NCBI GenBank assembly: GCA_018920365.1
Contig: JAHLMM010000001.1
Span: 199,628 to 263,627 of the forward strand
Direction of reading: 5' to 3'
Origin: Candidatus Aenigmatarchaeota archaeon
GTDB lineage: Archaea; Aenigmatarchaeota; Aenigmatarchaeia; CG10238-14
Length of the DNA stretch: 64,000 nucleotides
Positions 1-10,518 of this stretch are shown here, in pieces; position 1 is the first letter of the stretch, and each line of letters begins with the position of its first letter. The notes beneath the pieces were generated by a model that saw nothing but the letters and a program-made list of their open reading frames with translations, was not told the DNA's origin and did no database searches. The position numbers and the translations under genes are program-made.

Positions 1-2
1 TT

Positions 3-1733
3 CAAAAAAGTCAAAGCTACTTTGATTCAGAAAGAATTGTTGAAGCCAAATCACAATATAAAACAGTAGATAATAATATTGTTAAAGAACATGTGAAGAG
101 TGTTTTAGATTCAATTAAACAAAACCCTGACTTATCTGCCATAGATATTATCAACCAAATCAAACAATTGATTTCTTCGTCTGCAGAAGGAATATACATT
201 ACGTTGGAATTTGATATTGATTATATAATTCAAAATATGATAAAGTCAAAACCATTTGTTGCTGAACATTTACCAATATATAATGAAGATAATTTGCTAG
301 ACAAAATTCAAAACAAAGATGTTATAATATATATGGCATATGGTAATTCAACACATTTTGAAGTACCAGACGGAAATTACGTAAAAATATCAGCACTACC
401 TGTTTCACCATCTTTATACTATTTGTTTTATACAAACAGTGTTTATGCAGTTAAGGAGTTAAATAAAATTGGTGCATTGTCATCCATAGTAACTACCGGA
501 AATTCAATTTCACAAGAATCTATAAAATCTAGTGGATTTATTTTGGATTCACTTAATCAAGAAATAGGAATATGTTTAAAAAATGGAAAGAATAGAATGG
601 TAAAATTTTTCAAGACATTGATAAATTTGGATTTTAATACAATGAATAATTTCAAGAAAGAATATTATACAAGAACACTGTTTGGGGAACCATCGAAAGT
701 ATATGATCCAGATTTAAAGTTTATCAAAACACCAAAAGTAGAATACAAAAACAATGTTTTGTCAATGAAATTTTACCTACAACCTAACTATACAAAGATT
801 GGTGATAATTTTTATTTTTATGATGCAAATGATTTTGTAGAAACTGGTAATTTGTCAATACCTATATATACAGACACTTTGATTATGCCAGTAGATACAA
901 ACTTAATAGAAGTTTCTTATAAAACAGATGAAAATGCTAGCGATATTTTTGTTTACGATTATTATAAAATTTTAGATGGCAGAACAAAAATAGAATATAG
1001 CTTTTTGCCTTTAGTATATTACAATAATACTTTGAATGTTATTGATAAGATAGAAGTGGAGATAAAGTATACATCGCCTATTGAAATACTGAATTTAGAT
1101 TACAATGATTCCTTGAAAATTGAGATATATTCAAATGAAAGCCGAAAATACAATCTCACACTTTTCGTTCAAAATAAAAATTTTAATTATAATACTTCTA
1201 GAGAAATACAATTAAAAGAAGGTGTCAATAATATTTCATTTTCTTTAACCTTAAATAACGGTTTGTATTCAGCTTATGCTATATTAGAAGGGGAATATAC
1301 ATCAGGGCCAAAATATACATGGTTTATAGTTTCAAATAATATATTTGAAAAAATAATAATTCCTTTGCAAAAAATAATTTCAAGTGCTTTTGTATTCTAT
1401 CAAAAGATGATTGATCAGGAAATCAAAGTTGAATATATAGATGGTAAGAAGATAATAAATTATAAAACATCTGAAACATATATTCACTTGGAAATCGACA
1501 ATAACAGCTTGAACGGATATATGAATAAGGCAGGCAAGAGATTAGTAATATACCAAGATCCGAGTATGTTAAAATACTATTTCAGCAGTACAGACGGAAC
1601 CGCAACAGTAGTCTATAGCAATGATAAAGAAGAAATAGATTATACAGGAAATAATAATGTTGTTGATGAGATGAATAAGCTTATTCACGAGTATAATTGT
1701 ATTATAGATAAAATAGAAAAACAATATACTTAA
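3..1733 (+). CDS. Large surface/secreted protein, 5'-partial; peptidase C25 (gingipain)-like segment followed by a C25-propeptide-like segment
   Basis: Frame is open from position 3. Motifs DVIIYMAYG, TLFGEP and FLPLVYYNNTLNVIDKIEVEIKY recall the C25 catalytic and propeptide domains. Confidence 0.45.
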   Translation, partial: QKSQSYFDSERIVEAKSQYKTVDNNIVKEHVKSVLDSIKQNPDLSAIDIINQIKQLISSSAEGIYITLEFDIDYIIQNMIKSKPFVAEHLPIYNEDNLLDKIQNKDVIIYMAYGNSTHFEVPDGNYVKISALPVSPSLYYLFYTNSVYAVKELNKIGALSSIVTTGNSISQESIKSSGFILDSLNQEIGICLKNGKNRMVKFFKTLINLDFNTMNNFKKEYYTRTLFGEPSKVYDPDLKFIKTPKVEYKNNVLSMKFYLQPNYTKIGDNFYFYDANDFVETGNLSIPIYTDTLIMPVDTNLIEVSYKTDENASDIFVYDYYKILDGRTKIEYSFLPLVYYNNTLNVIDKIEVEIKYTSPIEILNLDYNDSLKIEIYSNESRKYNLTLFVQNKNFNYNTSREIQLKEGVNNISFSLTLNNGLYSAYAILEGEYTSGPKYTWFIVSNNIFEKIIIPLQKIISSAFVFYQKMIDQEIKVEYIDGKKIINYKTSETYIHLEIDNNSLNGYMNKAGKRLVIYQDPSMLKYYFSSTDGTATVVYSNDKEEIDYTGNNNVVDEMNKLIHEYNCIIDKIEKQYT

Positions 1734-1765
1734 AATATCATTTTTCAAAAAAATAATTGATAAAT

Positions 1766-1990
1766 ATGACAAAAGACAAGGAAAAATTACCTTTGATGCC
1801 TTTTGAGAGGATTTTAAAAAAAGCTGGAGCTAAAAGAGTTTCAAAAGGAGCAATGAAAGAATTTGCTTCAAGAATGGCTGATTATGTGCATAGACTTTCG
1901 GCAGAATCGGCCGCACTTGCTACGCATGCTGGCAGAAAAACAGTTATAGAATCAGATGTAAGAATGGCTAGAAAAAAGATAACAAAATAA
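1766..1990 (+). CDS. Archaeal histone (HMf family)
   Basis: LPLMPFERILKKAGAKRVS...HAGRKTV..SDV histone-fold signature. ATG at 1766 preferred. Confidence 0.93.
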   Translation: MTKDKEKLPLMPFERILKKAGAKRVSKGAMKEFASRMADYVHRLSAESAALATHAGRKTVIESDVRMARKKITK

Positions 1991-2021
1991 CTATTTCTGT
2001 TTTTCTTTGCATAATGTAATT

Positions 2022-2999
2022 ATGTTAAGTGTAGATGAGATTTTAAATGAGCTTGAGGAAAAAACAGGCAAATCTAAAAAAGAACTTTTGAAGATGATTA
2101 AATCCAAGCAAGATGAATTATCAGGTCTTGTATCTGAGGAAGGTGCAGCTCATCTTGTTGCCAGAGATTTAGGCATAGATTTGCTAAAATCAAATGAGAG
2201 ATTTTATTCTATTAAAGATGTAAAACCTGAAATGAAAAGGATAAATCTCAAAGGAAAGATAATTTCAATAACTCCTCTTAGAAGCTTCATTAAGAAGGAC
2301 GGTACAGAAGGTAAAGTTCGCAATATAATCATCTCTGATGGTACAGGTGAGGCAAAAATTCCTTTATGGGATAAACAAGCTGAAATAGCAGATCAAGTTT
2401 CTGTTGGCGAAGTTCTCGAAATAAAAAATGTTGGATCAAGAGAATCAAATTTTGGCAATATTGATTTAGTTCTTTATAGGACAAGTTCGTTAAAAAAAAT
2501 AAATGAAGATATACCAGTTCAAGTTAAAAGCACTAATGAAATAAAAATAAAAGACGCTGTAGAAGGATATTTTCAAATAAAAGCTATGGTCGTAGATGTA
2601 TTTAACACAAATCCTTTATTTTATGTATGCCCAAAATGCAGAGCAAGAGTTGACAAGGATATTTCAGTTTGTCCGCAAGATGGAAAAATAGAACCAGAAA
2701 TAAATATGATAATAACAGCTGTTATAGATGACGGCACAGGGACTTTGAGGTCTGTGTTTTTTAGAGATGTGGCAAAAGACTTTGCTGATGTAAGTGTTGA
2801 TGTTATAAAAAACATGTCTCAAGAAGAGGCTTTGAGATTGATTAAAGAAAATGTTCTTGGTAAGGAGTTTATATTTAAAGGTAAAATACAAAAGAATAAA
2901 ATCTTTGAAAACTTAGAATTAGTTGTTAATCAAATTAGCAATGTTGATGTTTTGGAAGAGAGTGAAAAAATTGTAGAGGAGTTGAGTAAAGATGGCTGA
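2022..2999 (+). CDS. rpa: Replication protein A (OB folds plus Zn ribbon)
   Basis: N-terminal [14 protein letters not shown] motifs (SDGTG, DDGTG), CPKC..CPQD. Overlaps the radA start. Confidence 0.85.
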   Translation: MLSVDEILNELEEKTGKSKKELLKMIKSKQDELSGLVSEEGAAHLVARDLGIDLLKSNERFYSIKDVKPEMKRINLKGKIISITPLRSFIKKDGTEGKVRNIIISDGTGEAKIPLWDKQAEIADQVSVGEVLEIKNVGSRESNFGNIDLVLYRTSSLKKINEDIPVQVKSTNEIKIKDAVEGYFQIKAMVVDVFNTNPLFYVCPKCRARVDKDISVCPQDGKIEPEINMIITAVIDDGTGTLRSVFFRDVAKDFADVSVDVIKNMSQEEALRLIKENVLGKEFIFKGKIQKNKIFENLELVVNQISNVDVLEESEKIVEELSKDG

Positions 3000-3948
3000 G
3001 AAAGAGAAGAAAAAATATGAGCTTGAGGATATTGCTGGCATAGGTCCTAAGATGGCTGAAAAATTAAGAGAAGTTGGATTAAACGATCCAATGTCTATAG
3101 CAGTTTCTTCTCCCGGCGAGCTTGCATCTATTTTGGAAATTGGTGAAGCTTCTGCAATGAAAATAATAACAAATGCAAGAGATCTTTTAGAAATGGGTTT
3201 TATTTCGGCCGATAAAGTCTGGGAACAGCAACAGAAAGCCGCTAGAATAACAACAGGTAGTAAAGCTTTAGATGAATTGCTAGGTGGTGGTATACAAACA
3301 CAAGCAATAACTGAAATGTTTGGTCAGTTTGGTTCAGGAAAAAGTCAACTAGGATTTCAATTGTCTGTTAATGTTCAGTTACCAAAGGATAAAGGTGGAT
3401 TGGATGGAAATTGCTTGTTTATAGATACTGAAAATACATTCAGGCCTCAAAGAATTGTTCAAATAGCAGAAGCTGCAGGTTTAGATAGCAAAAAGGTATT
3501 GAAAAATATATTTGTTGCAAGAGCATATACAAGCGATCATCAGGTCTTTTTGATAGAAAAAGCAAATGAAATGATCGAACAGAATAAGATAAAACTAATA
3601 GTTGTTGATTCGCTTACATCTCACTTTAGAGCTGATTATGTGGGCAGAGGCGAATTAGCACCAAGACAGCAAAAACTTAACAGACATTTGCACACTTTGC
3701 AAAAATTGGCCGATACATATAATTTAGCTGTATATGTGACAAATCAAGTTTTGGCTAACCCCGCTGTTTTGTTCGGCGATCCTACAACACCTGTAGGTGG
3801 TCATATACTTGCACACCAAGCAACTTATAGAGTTTATTTGAGAAAATCTACACAAGACAAAAAAATAGCTAAGATGGTAGATGCACCCGATTTACCAACA
3901 GCAGAATGTGTCTTCAAAGTAACAGAAGAAGGTATAAAAGATGCTTGA
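2992..3948 (+). CDS. radA: DNA repair recombinase RadA
   Basis: HhH N-terminus, Walker [29 protein letters not shown]. No intein. Confidence 0.97.
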   Translation: MAEKEKKKYELEDIAGIGPKMAEKLREVGLNDPMSIAVSSPGELASILEIGEASAMKIITNARDLLEMGFISADKVWEQQQKAARITTGSKALDELLGGGIQTQAITEMFGQFGSGKSQLGFQLSVNVQLPKDKGGLDGNCLFIDTENTFRPQRIVQIAEAAGLDSKKVLKNIFVARAYTSDHQVFLIEKANEMIEQNKIKLIVVDSLTSHFRADYVGRGELAPRQQKLNRHLHTLQKLADTYNLAVYVTNQVLANPAVLFGDPTTPVGGHILAHQATYRVYLRKSTQDKKIAKMVDAPDLPTAECVFKVTEEGIKDA

Positions 3949-3992
3949 TAACTTTGATTAATATTTTTAAATTATAATACCGTTATATTATT

Positions 3993-4142
3993 ATGCATTG
4001 CATAGTTTGCGGCGATAATTTAAATCAAAGTTATTACATAGGAAAAAAGTCAGACATGGGAATATTCTTATGCAGCAATCACAAATTTTTTTGTACAAAT
4101 GATTGTGAATTGATAAAGATAGATACAGAAACCATAAATTAA
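3993..4142 (+). CDS. Small Cys/His-rich (Zn-finger-like) protein, 49 aa, absent from the ORF track
   Basis: Manual translation MHCIVCGDNLNQSYYIGKKSDMGIFLCSNHKFFCTNDCELIKIDTETIN. Fills the radA-endoQ gap. Confidence 0.65.
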   Translation: MHCIVCGDNLNQSYYIGKKSDMGIFLCSNHKFFCTNDCELIKIDTETIN

Positions 4143-4165
4143 TTTTTACTTTTTATATATTTTTC

Positions 4166-5428
4166 ATGCAAATAAAAGCAGATCTTCACCTTCATAGCAA
4201 ATATGCTAGAGCTACCAGTAAGGATATGGATATTCACAGCCTTTCTGATTATGCTAAAATTAAAGGATTGAATTTGCTCGGAACAGGTGATTTTACACAT
4301 CCTAAGCAATTAAATGATTTAAAGAAAAAACTTGAACCAATAGAAGACAAAGGATTGTACAGATATAATGATGTTTTTTTCATGTTAACAACAGAAATGG
4401 CCACTTTTTATTTTCAGGACAAAAAATCAAGAAGAGTTCATCATTTAGTTCATTCACCTAGTTTTGAAATAGTGGATCAGATAATAGATGTTTTATCAAA
4501 AAAAGGTGCAAACACAGGTATAGATGGAAGAATGATGATGAAAATATCATCTCCAGAGCTTGTAGAAATACTTCATCAAATAAGCAAGGATATACATATT
4601 ATTCCTGCACATATATGGACACCTTATTTTGGTTGTTTAGGAAGCGTGACAGGTTTTGATTCAATTAAGGATTGCTATTTAGATCAGACAAAAAATATTT
4701 TTGCTATTGAAACAGGGTTAAGCAGCGATCCTTTAATGAATTGGAGAGTTTCAGAATTGGATAATTTTGTTTTAATGTCAAACTCAGATTCACATTCACC
4801 TTGGCCTTGGAGATTGGGTAGAGAGGCAAATGTTTTTGAATTAGATGAAATGAATTATTTTGAATTATGGGATGCTATTAAAAATAAAGATAGAAGCAAG
4901 TTGCTATATACTATTGAAGTTGATCCTAATTACGGCAAGTATCACTATACAGGACATAGAAATTGCAATGTTGTAATGCATCCGAAAGAAGCGAGGAAAC
5001 AGAACAATATATGCCCTGTATGCAAAAAGCAAATGACAATAGGCGTATTGCAGAGAGTTGAAGAATTGGCTGACAGAGAAGAAGGTTTTATTCCGAAAAA
5101 TGCTGTGCCATTCAAATCTCTTCTACCTTTATATGAAATAATATCTTTTGTTAAGGGGAGCAAGCAACTTTATTCAAAAAAAATAGTTGAAGAACAGAAT
5201 AAAATAATAAATAATTTTGGCAGCGAGCTCGAAGTTTTGATTAATGCAAGTTTTGACGATTTGATCAAAGTTACTGATGAGAAAATTACCAAAGCCATAA
5301 TTGATATAAGAGAGCAAAGAATATTGTTCAAACCAGGATATGATGGCACTTATGGAGAACCAATATTTAATGGAGAAAGAAAATTAAATTTTAATAAATC
5401 ACCACAAAAAAGCTTATCAGATTTTTAG
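4166..5428 (+). CDS. Endonuclease Q family PHP-domain nuclease
   Basis: DLHLHSKY, GTGDFTHP, PAHIWTP, SNSDSHS, GKYH and Zn-site CPVC. Confidence 0.85.
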   Translation: MQIKADLHLHSKYARATSKDMDIHSLSDYAKIKGLNLLGTGDFTHPKQLNDLKKKLEPIEDKGLYRYNDVFFMLTTEMATFYFQDKKSRRVHHLVHSPSFEIVDQIIDVLSKKGANTGIDGRMMMKISSPELVEILHQISKDIHIIPAHIWTPYFGCLGSVTGFDSIKDCYLDQTKNIFAIETGLSSDPLMNWRVSELDNFVLMSNSDSHSPWPWRLGREANVFELDEMNYFELWDAIKNKDRSKLLYTIEVDPNYGKYHYTGHRNCNVVMHPKEARKQNNICPVCKKQMTIGVLQRVEELADREEGFIPKNAVPFKSLLPLYEIISFVKGSKQLYSKKIVEEQNKIINNFGSELEVLINASFDDLIKVTDEKITKAIIDIREQRILFKPGYDGTYGEPIFNGERKLNFNKSPQKSLSDF

Positions 5429-5501
5429 GGTTCGTGGTCCAGCTGGTTAAGACGCTGCCCTCACATGGCAGAAATCGCCGGTTCGAATCCGGCCGAACCC
5501 A
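5428..5501 (+). tRNA. tRNA-Val(CAC)
   Basis: Cloverleaf: acceptor GGGTTCG/CGAACCC, anticodon arm CTGCC-CTCACAT-GGCAG, T-loop TTCGAAT. No encoded CCA. Confidence 0.95.
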
Positions 5502-5536
5502 TTAATTTAATTTTACAAAAACCAAATCAATCAATA

Positions 5537-6043
5537 ATGGCAGACGAAATTTTAGGAATTGTTTCAGCAATAATTATAGGAATTCTAGTATTTACATTAG
5601 GTTACAGACTATTATCAGTTTCAATAAACCAAGCCCATTATGAGAGTACTATACAGAACTTCAACAAACTTTATTCAAACATTCAATCAGTATGTCAGCA
5701 AGAAATTGGAAGCAGAACAATTATAAGATTTCAAGTGCCTATTGTTGTTAGAGTAATATACTTTACAGACGATAATACCAATGCTTTGCCTGCTGTCACA
5801 AATTTGATAGAAAATAGCCAGCAAAGTCAAGGAAAATATTTGTGTATGCAATTTAAAAAAGAACAGGATATAAGATGTGAGAAATTAAGTTGCAATGGAG
5901 TTATGCCATACATAGGCGCTTTGGAAGAATACAATGACTTGCAACTAATGGTCAATAAAATTCTTGGCAAACCTTTAATAAAAGAATATTTTTTGAATAT
6001 TGAAAAAAATATAAACAAAGATATCACAGTTACTGTTTCTTGA
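5537..6043 (+). CDS. Hypothetical membrane-anchored protein
   Basis: Start moved to ATG 5537 because the ORF-track start lies inside the tRNA. N-terminal hydrophobic helix and paired Cys. Confidence 0.7.
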   Translation: MADEILGIVSAIIIGILVFTLGYRLLSVSINQAHYESTIQNFNKLYSNIQSVCQQEIGSRTIIRFQVPIVVRVIYFTDDNTNALPAVTNLIENSQQSQGKYLCMQFKKEQDIRCEKLSCNGVMPYIGALEEYNDLQLMVNKILGKPLIKEYFLNIEKNINKDITVTVS

Positions 6044-7256
6044 AATTAGTTTTAGCATATTTTATCATTTCTTCTCCTTGATCAAACCAATAATCAATGC
6101 CCCAATACACATAACAACTTGTTTCTGCAAGCAAGAGAGATTTTTTTGCAATATCACTTTTTTGTTTTAGATCATGAAATTCTTTGCTGAGCTGATCAAC
6201 TTTAGCTTTCATTTCAAGTCTTTTGTCACCAACAAGCCAATTTTGGTGACCACCTATCCACGACGATCCTTCGTCGGAAATTTCAACAATACTGCTAACA
6301 TCTATCTTTCCATTTTTTGCATAGTATTTTTGTAGAAATTCTGTCACGCACATTGATTCAACATTTTCATCTGTTTTGCTTGTGAAAAAAGGAACAAAAG
6401 TACTTCTAAAAAACTCGTTCATCATTACATTTCCATTTTCTCCGTCCGATGCAGGAACAACTAATGCAGGTTTTTTTGATGTATATGAAAAAATCTTGCT
6501 AGCTAGGACAGCTTTATCATATACACCTCCTGCGTCACAACCTGCTTGCTGATCAATAAAATCATATTTTACTTTGAAAATAACTGGAATTTTTTCACCG
6601 TTTGATTGAATAATATGTGGCTGACTTGTTATTGTCACTCTTTGCTCAAAACCAAGTTGCTTCTCACCTTTTAACGCCTCTACTGGTAGAATTATCCACT
6701 CATAACCATTTTCTTTTAGAATTTGTATAAGTGTTTCTAATTTTTTCCCACCAGGAACACCCATCTCAGGAAGCCAGAATCCTTTAATTCTTTGTAAATT
6801 TTTTTGGCCAAACAATTTTTTGAAAACATTTTTCCATTCTTTTATTTGCATATCCCAATCATCTTCAGGTGTTGCTGGAAAATAGCAATGAGAATAAGCT
6901 GTTCCAGCAAACTCAATAGCATCAGGATATTTGTCCATAACATTTTTATATAACTTTATTATATCTCCAATTTTTTCTCCATCTACATATGTTTTTTCAA
7001 GAATGTTTTTCATATCATTTAATGACTCAAGTAGTATGCCAGAAAAATCTAACATTATTTTTGGCTTAAATCCTTTTTCTGAAAGTTCTAATACATATTT
7101 TGCTGGATTTTTGTATGCTCTAGCCATCAATTTTGCTTCCCAAGATTCTTTTGAATCATTTGATTCGAGCATTTTTTGAAGATTGCTGATTAACCTACCA
7201 TTATGCCATACCATTGGCTGATGCATATGAAGCCATGGTACATATACAGATTTCAT
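6030..7256 (-). CDS. Glycoside hydrolase family 57 protein
   Basis: HMHQP, WLPE (nucleophile), SDGEN (acid/base), ETSCY. Confidence 0.88.
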   Translation of the reverse strand: MKSVYVPWLHMHQPMVWHNGRLISNLQKMLESNDSKESWEAKLMARAYKNPAKYVLELSEKGFKPKIMLDFSGILLESLNDMKNILEKTYVDGEKIGDIIKLYKNVMDKYPDAIEFAGTAYSHCYFPATPEDDWDMQIKEWKNVFKKLFGQKNLQRIKGFWLPEMGVPGGKKLETLIQILKENGYEWIILPVEALKGEKQLGFEQRVTITSQPHIIQSNGEKIPVIFKVKYDFIDQQAGCDAGGVYDKAVLASKIFSYTSKKPALVVPASDGENGNVMMNEFFRSTFVPFFTSKTDENVESMCVTEFLQKYYAKNGKIDVSSIVEISDEGSSWIGGHQNWLVGDKRLEMKAKVDQLSKEFHDLKQKSDIAKKSLLLAETSCYVYWGIDYWFDQGEEMIKYAKTNFKKQ

Positions 7257-7316
7257 AACTATACATATAGGATATTAAAAAATAAATTTACATTTTCCTC
7301 AATTGTATTTGATTAA

Positions 7317-8447
7317 ATGAATTGGAATTTACTTGAGAAAAAACTAGATAGTACAAAAATGAAGGAAAACATCCAAAGTCAAGGTAGATCTTTGTCATTA
7401 ACAATAAATAATGAGATAGAGAATATATCCAGAATATCGTCAAAAGTTAGAAATTGCAGAAATTTCATATTTTCTGGTTGTGGTGACAAACACATAGTTG
7501 ACCTAGCAGCTCAATTTGTTTGGAACAAAATATCATCAAAACCATTATCAGTAATTCAATCAAGATTGTTTGTAAATTATCCTAGCTATGTAGATAAGCA
7601 CACTTGTATGGTTTTTGTAACGCAGTCAGGAACCACTTTTGATACTATTGAAGCGTGTAAATTAGCGATAAAAAGAAACGCAAAAGTTGTCTGTATAACA
7701 AATTTAAAAGAAAATAAAGAATCAAGTATAGTTGATATTTGTCAAAATTATAGCAACGGTTATGTCATTAAAACGCATACAGAAATATATCCAGAAGAGT
7801 CTTTACCTAGCACATCAACATTTCACACAAGCCTTACTGCATTAAATTTATTTTCTATTTTTGTTAATAACAATCAATCTAGGCTTGCAGAGATTCAGGT
7901 AAATTATATTCCAAAGTTGGTTGATATATTAAGCAGGAGTGAAAAATTGAAAGAATTTTCAAAAAATGTTGCTAAAAGACTCAAAAATGTAGACGATTTT
8001 TATGTTTTAGGCGATGGACCAAGATATGTTTCTGCAAGAAAGGCAGCAAGGATAATGTTTATGGAGGGTTCAAAAACAAATGCTTATGATATAGAATCAG
8101 AGGAATTTATTCATAGTCTGATTGAAACAATAGAAGGTAAACCAAAAAATTTGATTTTACTCAAGCCACTAGATTTTTTGGATAAACCTATGCAGCTTTA
8201 TAAGATAATTAAAAATACATGGCCGCAAAAGATGGTGATAGAAATAGATCCTTTTGATTTTTTGGATTCAGATGCCAAATCATTATTTTCATCAGACGAT
8301 GCAGACGCACTTTCACCTTTTATATATACAATCCCGCTAGAATGGATAAGCTATTATCTTGCTTTATTAAAAGGCAAAGATCCAGGCAAAGGCAAGCTTG
8401 TCAACAAAATAAGAAGTCATGATAATGTAAAAAACTTTTTAACCTAA
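7317..8447 (+). CDS. Double SIS-domain sugar-phosphate isomerase/deaminase (GlmS C-terminal-like)
   Basis: SGCG, TQSGTT, EEFIH motifs. No glutaminase domain. Confidence 0.8.
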   Translation: MNWNLLEKKLDSTKMKENIQSQGRSLSLTINNEIENISRISSKVRNCRNFIFSGCGDKHIVDLAAQFVWNKISSKPLSVIQSRLFVNYPSYVDKHTCMVFVTQSGTTFDTIEACKLAIKRNAKVVCITNLKENKESSIVDICQNYSNGYVIKTHTEIYPEESLPSTSTFHTSLTALNLFSIFVNNNQSRLAEIQVNYIPKLVDILSRSEKLKEFSKNVAKRLKNVDDFYVLGDGPRYVSARKAARIMFMEGSKTNAYDIESEEFIHSLIETIEGKPKNLILLKPLDFLDKPMQLYKIIKNTWPQKMVIEIDPFDFLDSDAKSLFSSDDADALSPFIYTIPLEWISYYLALLKGKDPGKGKLVNKIRSHDNVKNFLT

Positions 8448-8487
8448 TAAATTAATTTTTATTAAAGAATCTTTAAGGGGATAAAAA

Positions 8488-9957
8488 GTGACTTCAATAA
8501 TACTTGGATTTGAAATTCACCAACCTTTAAGAGTAAAACATCTTCCTGGACCAAGCGATAATTTGAATGATACTGAATTAATTGATCATTTTTTCAGCAG
8601 TAATGGATTGAATAAGTTTGTTTTTGACAGGGCATCTCAAAAATGCTATTATCCAACTACACATATATTGCTAGAACTAATAGATACATTTAAAGGGCAA
8701 AAAAGAGAATTTAAATGTGCCTTTAATATTTCAGGAGTTTGGCTTGAACAATGCCAAAAATGGCAACCAGATTTGCTAGAGTTGTTTAGACAAATAGCTA
8801 AAACCGGAAGGGCAGAATTTTTAGGTAGCACATATTTTCATTCAATTTCAAGTCTTTTTAAAAACAAGACAGAATTTGTAGAACAGGTTAAAATGCAAAA
8901 TCAAGCGATAAAAGATTTATTAGGCGTTAAACCATCAGTTTTTGTCAACACTGAAATGCTTTACAATAACATGATAGCTAAAATTGTTGAAGACATTGGT
9001 TACAAAGCCATATTTACAGAAGGTGTTGATAGAATTCTTGGTTGGAGATCACCAAATTATGTTTATGCAAGAGGCCCTGTTTCTGAAAATGACAAACCAT
9101 TAAATGAAAGGATTAAAGTCTTTACAAGAAACTATAGATTAAGTGATGATATTGGTTATAGATTTTCTTCAAAAGAATGGAACCAATGGCCATTGACAGC
9201 TGAAAAATATTCTATATGGCTTTCATCAACACCAGGCGATATCATACCAATATTTATGGATTATGAAACATTTGGGGAACATCAACCTGAAAGCAGCGGC
9301 ATATTCTTCTTCTTAAAAGCACTTCCATGGAAAGTATTTGATTGGAATAATTTGGATTTTGTTTTGCCTTCAGAAGCATCTCAGAAATTCAATGCTTTAG
9401 GTGAAATAGATGTTCATGAACTTTCAACAATTTCATGGGCAGATATGGAAAGAGATACATCAGCATGGTTGGGGAATTCAATGCAAAAGATGATTTTTGA
9501 TGAACTTGAAAGATTAGAATCTCTTGTAAAGCAAAACGGACAACAACATTTGAGAATGTGGCGTTTACTTCAACAAAGCGATTTGCTTTACTATATGTGT
9601 ACAAAATGGTGGAATGATGGCGATGTACACAAATATTTTTCACCTTTTTCAACTCCTCATGATGCATTCATAAACACTTTAGGGGGTTTAACAGAAATAA
9701 AAATGAGATTGATGAAAGATCTAACTTTGCTTAATTTGAATAAAGAGAGACAAGATCTTCAAAAGATATCAGTATCTTTGGAAACAGTGAAACAAGAAAA
9801 ACCAAAAAAACCAAAAAAAGAGAAAAGTGAATCTATCCAGTCAAGACAAGAACCAATAGAGTTTATACTTTCAGAACCAATGGAATATCCTAATACTTAT
9901 GTTAACATAGAAAATTTAATTGGTGTGTCAGATAGTTTGAAGAGAAGAATCAGATAA
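8488..9957 (+). CDS. GH57 alpha-amylase-like protein with charged C-terminal tail
   Basis: FEIHQP, NTEM, MDYETFGEHQ, SWAD, YYMCTK. Confidence 0.9.
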   Translation: MTSIILGFEIHQPLRVKHLPGPSDNLNDTELIDHFFSSNGLNKFVFDRASQKCYYPTTHILLELIDTFKGQKREFKCAFNISGVWLEQCQKWQPDLLELFRQIAKTGRAEFLGSTYFHSISSLFKNKTEFVEQVKMQNQAIKDLLGVKPSVFVNTEMLYNNMIAKIVEDIGYKAIFTEGVDRILGWRSPNYVYARGPVSENDKPLNERIKVFTRNYRLSDDIGYRFSSKEWNQWPLTAEKYSIWLSSTPGDIIPIFMDYETFGEHQPESSGIFFFLKALPWKVFDWNNLDFVLPSEASQKFNALGEIDVHELSTISWADMERDTSAWLGNSMQKMIFDELERLESLVKQNGQQHLRMWRLLQQSDLLYYMCTKWWNDGDVHKYFSPFSTPHDAFINTLGGLTEIKMRLMKDLTLLNLNKERQDLQKISVSLETVKQEKPKKPKKEKSESIQSRQEPIEFILSEPMEYPNTYVNIENLIGVSDSLKRRIR

Positions 9958-10437
9958 ATTTATTTTTGCTATTAAAAATGTGTCCTTTTCATAATTCCAG
10001 ATTAATTCTTTATGCTCTTTCAACTGATATATTAACTTGTTTGATTTTATAAACTCCATCACATTCTTTTTATATTCAATAAATTCATCTTCACTCATGT
10101 TTTCAAGTATTTTGCAAAAACTTTTATCAAAACATGCCAAGAATATATCTTTCCCATTTTTATCAAACATAAAAATTATAGGCCAAAGCTTACAATCCAT
10201 GGGTCTATTGGCATAGATTTTGCATAAATGTGTTTCTTCATCCAAAAATGGACATACGAGGTAATTACCTAATTTTGACTTAATAAGGTTTATTTGAAAA
10301 ACATTTTTTGATTTTTGCTTAAACATTTTTCTATTTATTTTTGCATTCTCTATTTCCTTTTTTGTAAAAACAGGTGAGAAATATTCATCATCCTTTGAAA
10401 ATTTGCAACATCCTCTACATTCCTGACATATGTTCAT
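9928..10437 (-). CDS. YkgJ-family Cys-cluster (Fe-S/Zn) protein
   Basis: CQECRGCC, CPFLD, CKIYANRPMDCKLWP. Confidence 0.85.
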   Translation of the reverse strand: MNICQECRGCCKFSKDDEYFSPVFTKKEIENAKINRKMFKQKSKNVFQINLIKSKLGNYLVCPFLDEETHLCKIYANRPMDCKLWPIIFMFDKNGKDIFLACFDKSFCKILENMSEDEFIEYKKNVMEFIKSNKLIYQLKEHKELIWNYEKDTFLIAKINLSDSSLQTI

Positions 10438-10518
10438 GCAGAATTTTATAAAATATAAGATTTTAAAACATTTCTTTTTATGCAAACAGTTTTTTAATCA
10501 ATTAACAATTATTATTTA

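Noticed and set aside
5465-5536. N-terminal extension of ORF 5465..6043
   Set aside because: Lies inside tRNA-Val; ATG 5537 is the plausible start.
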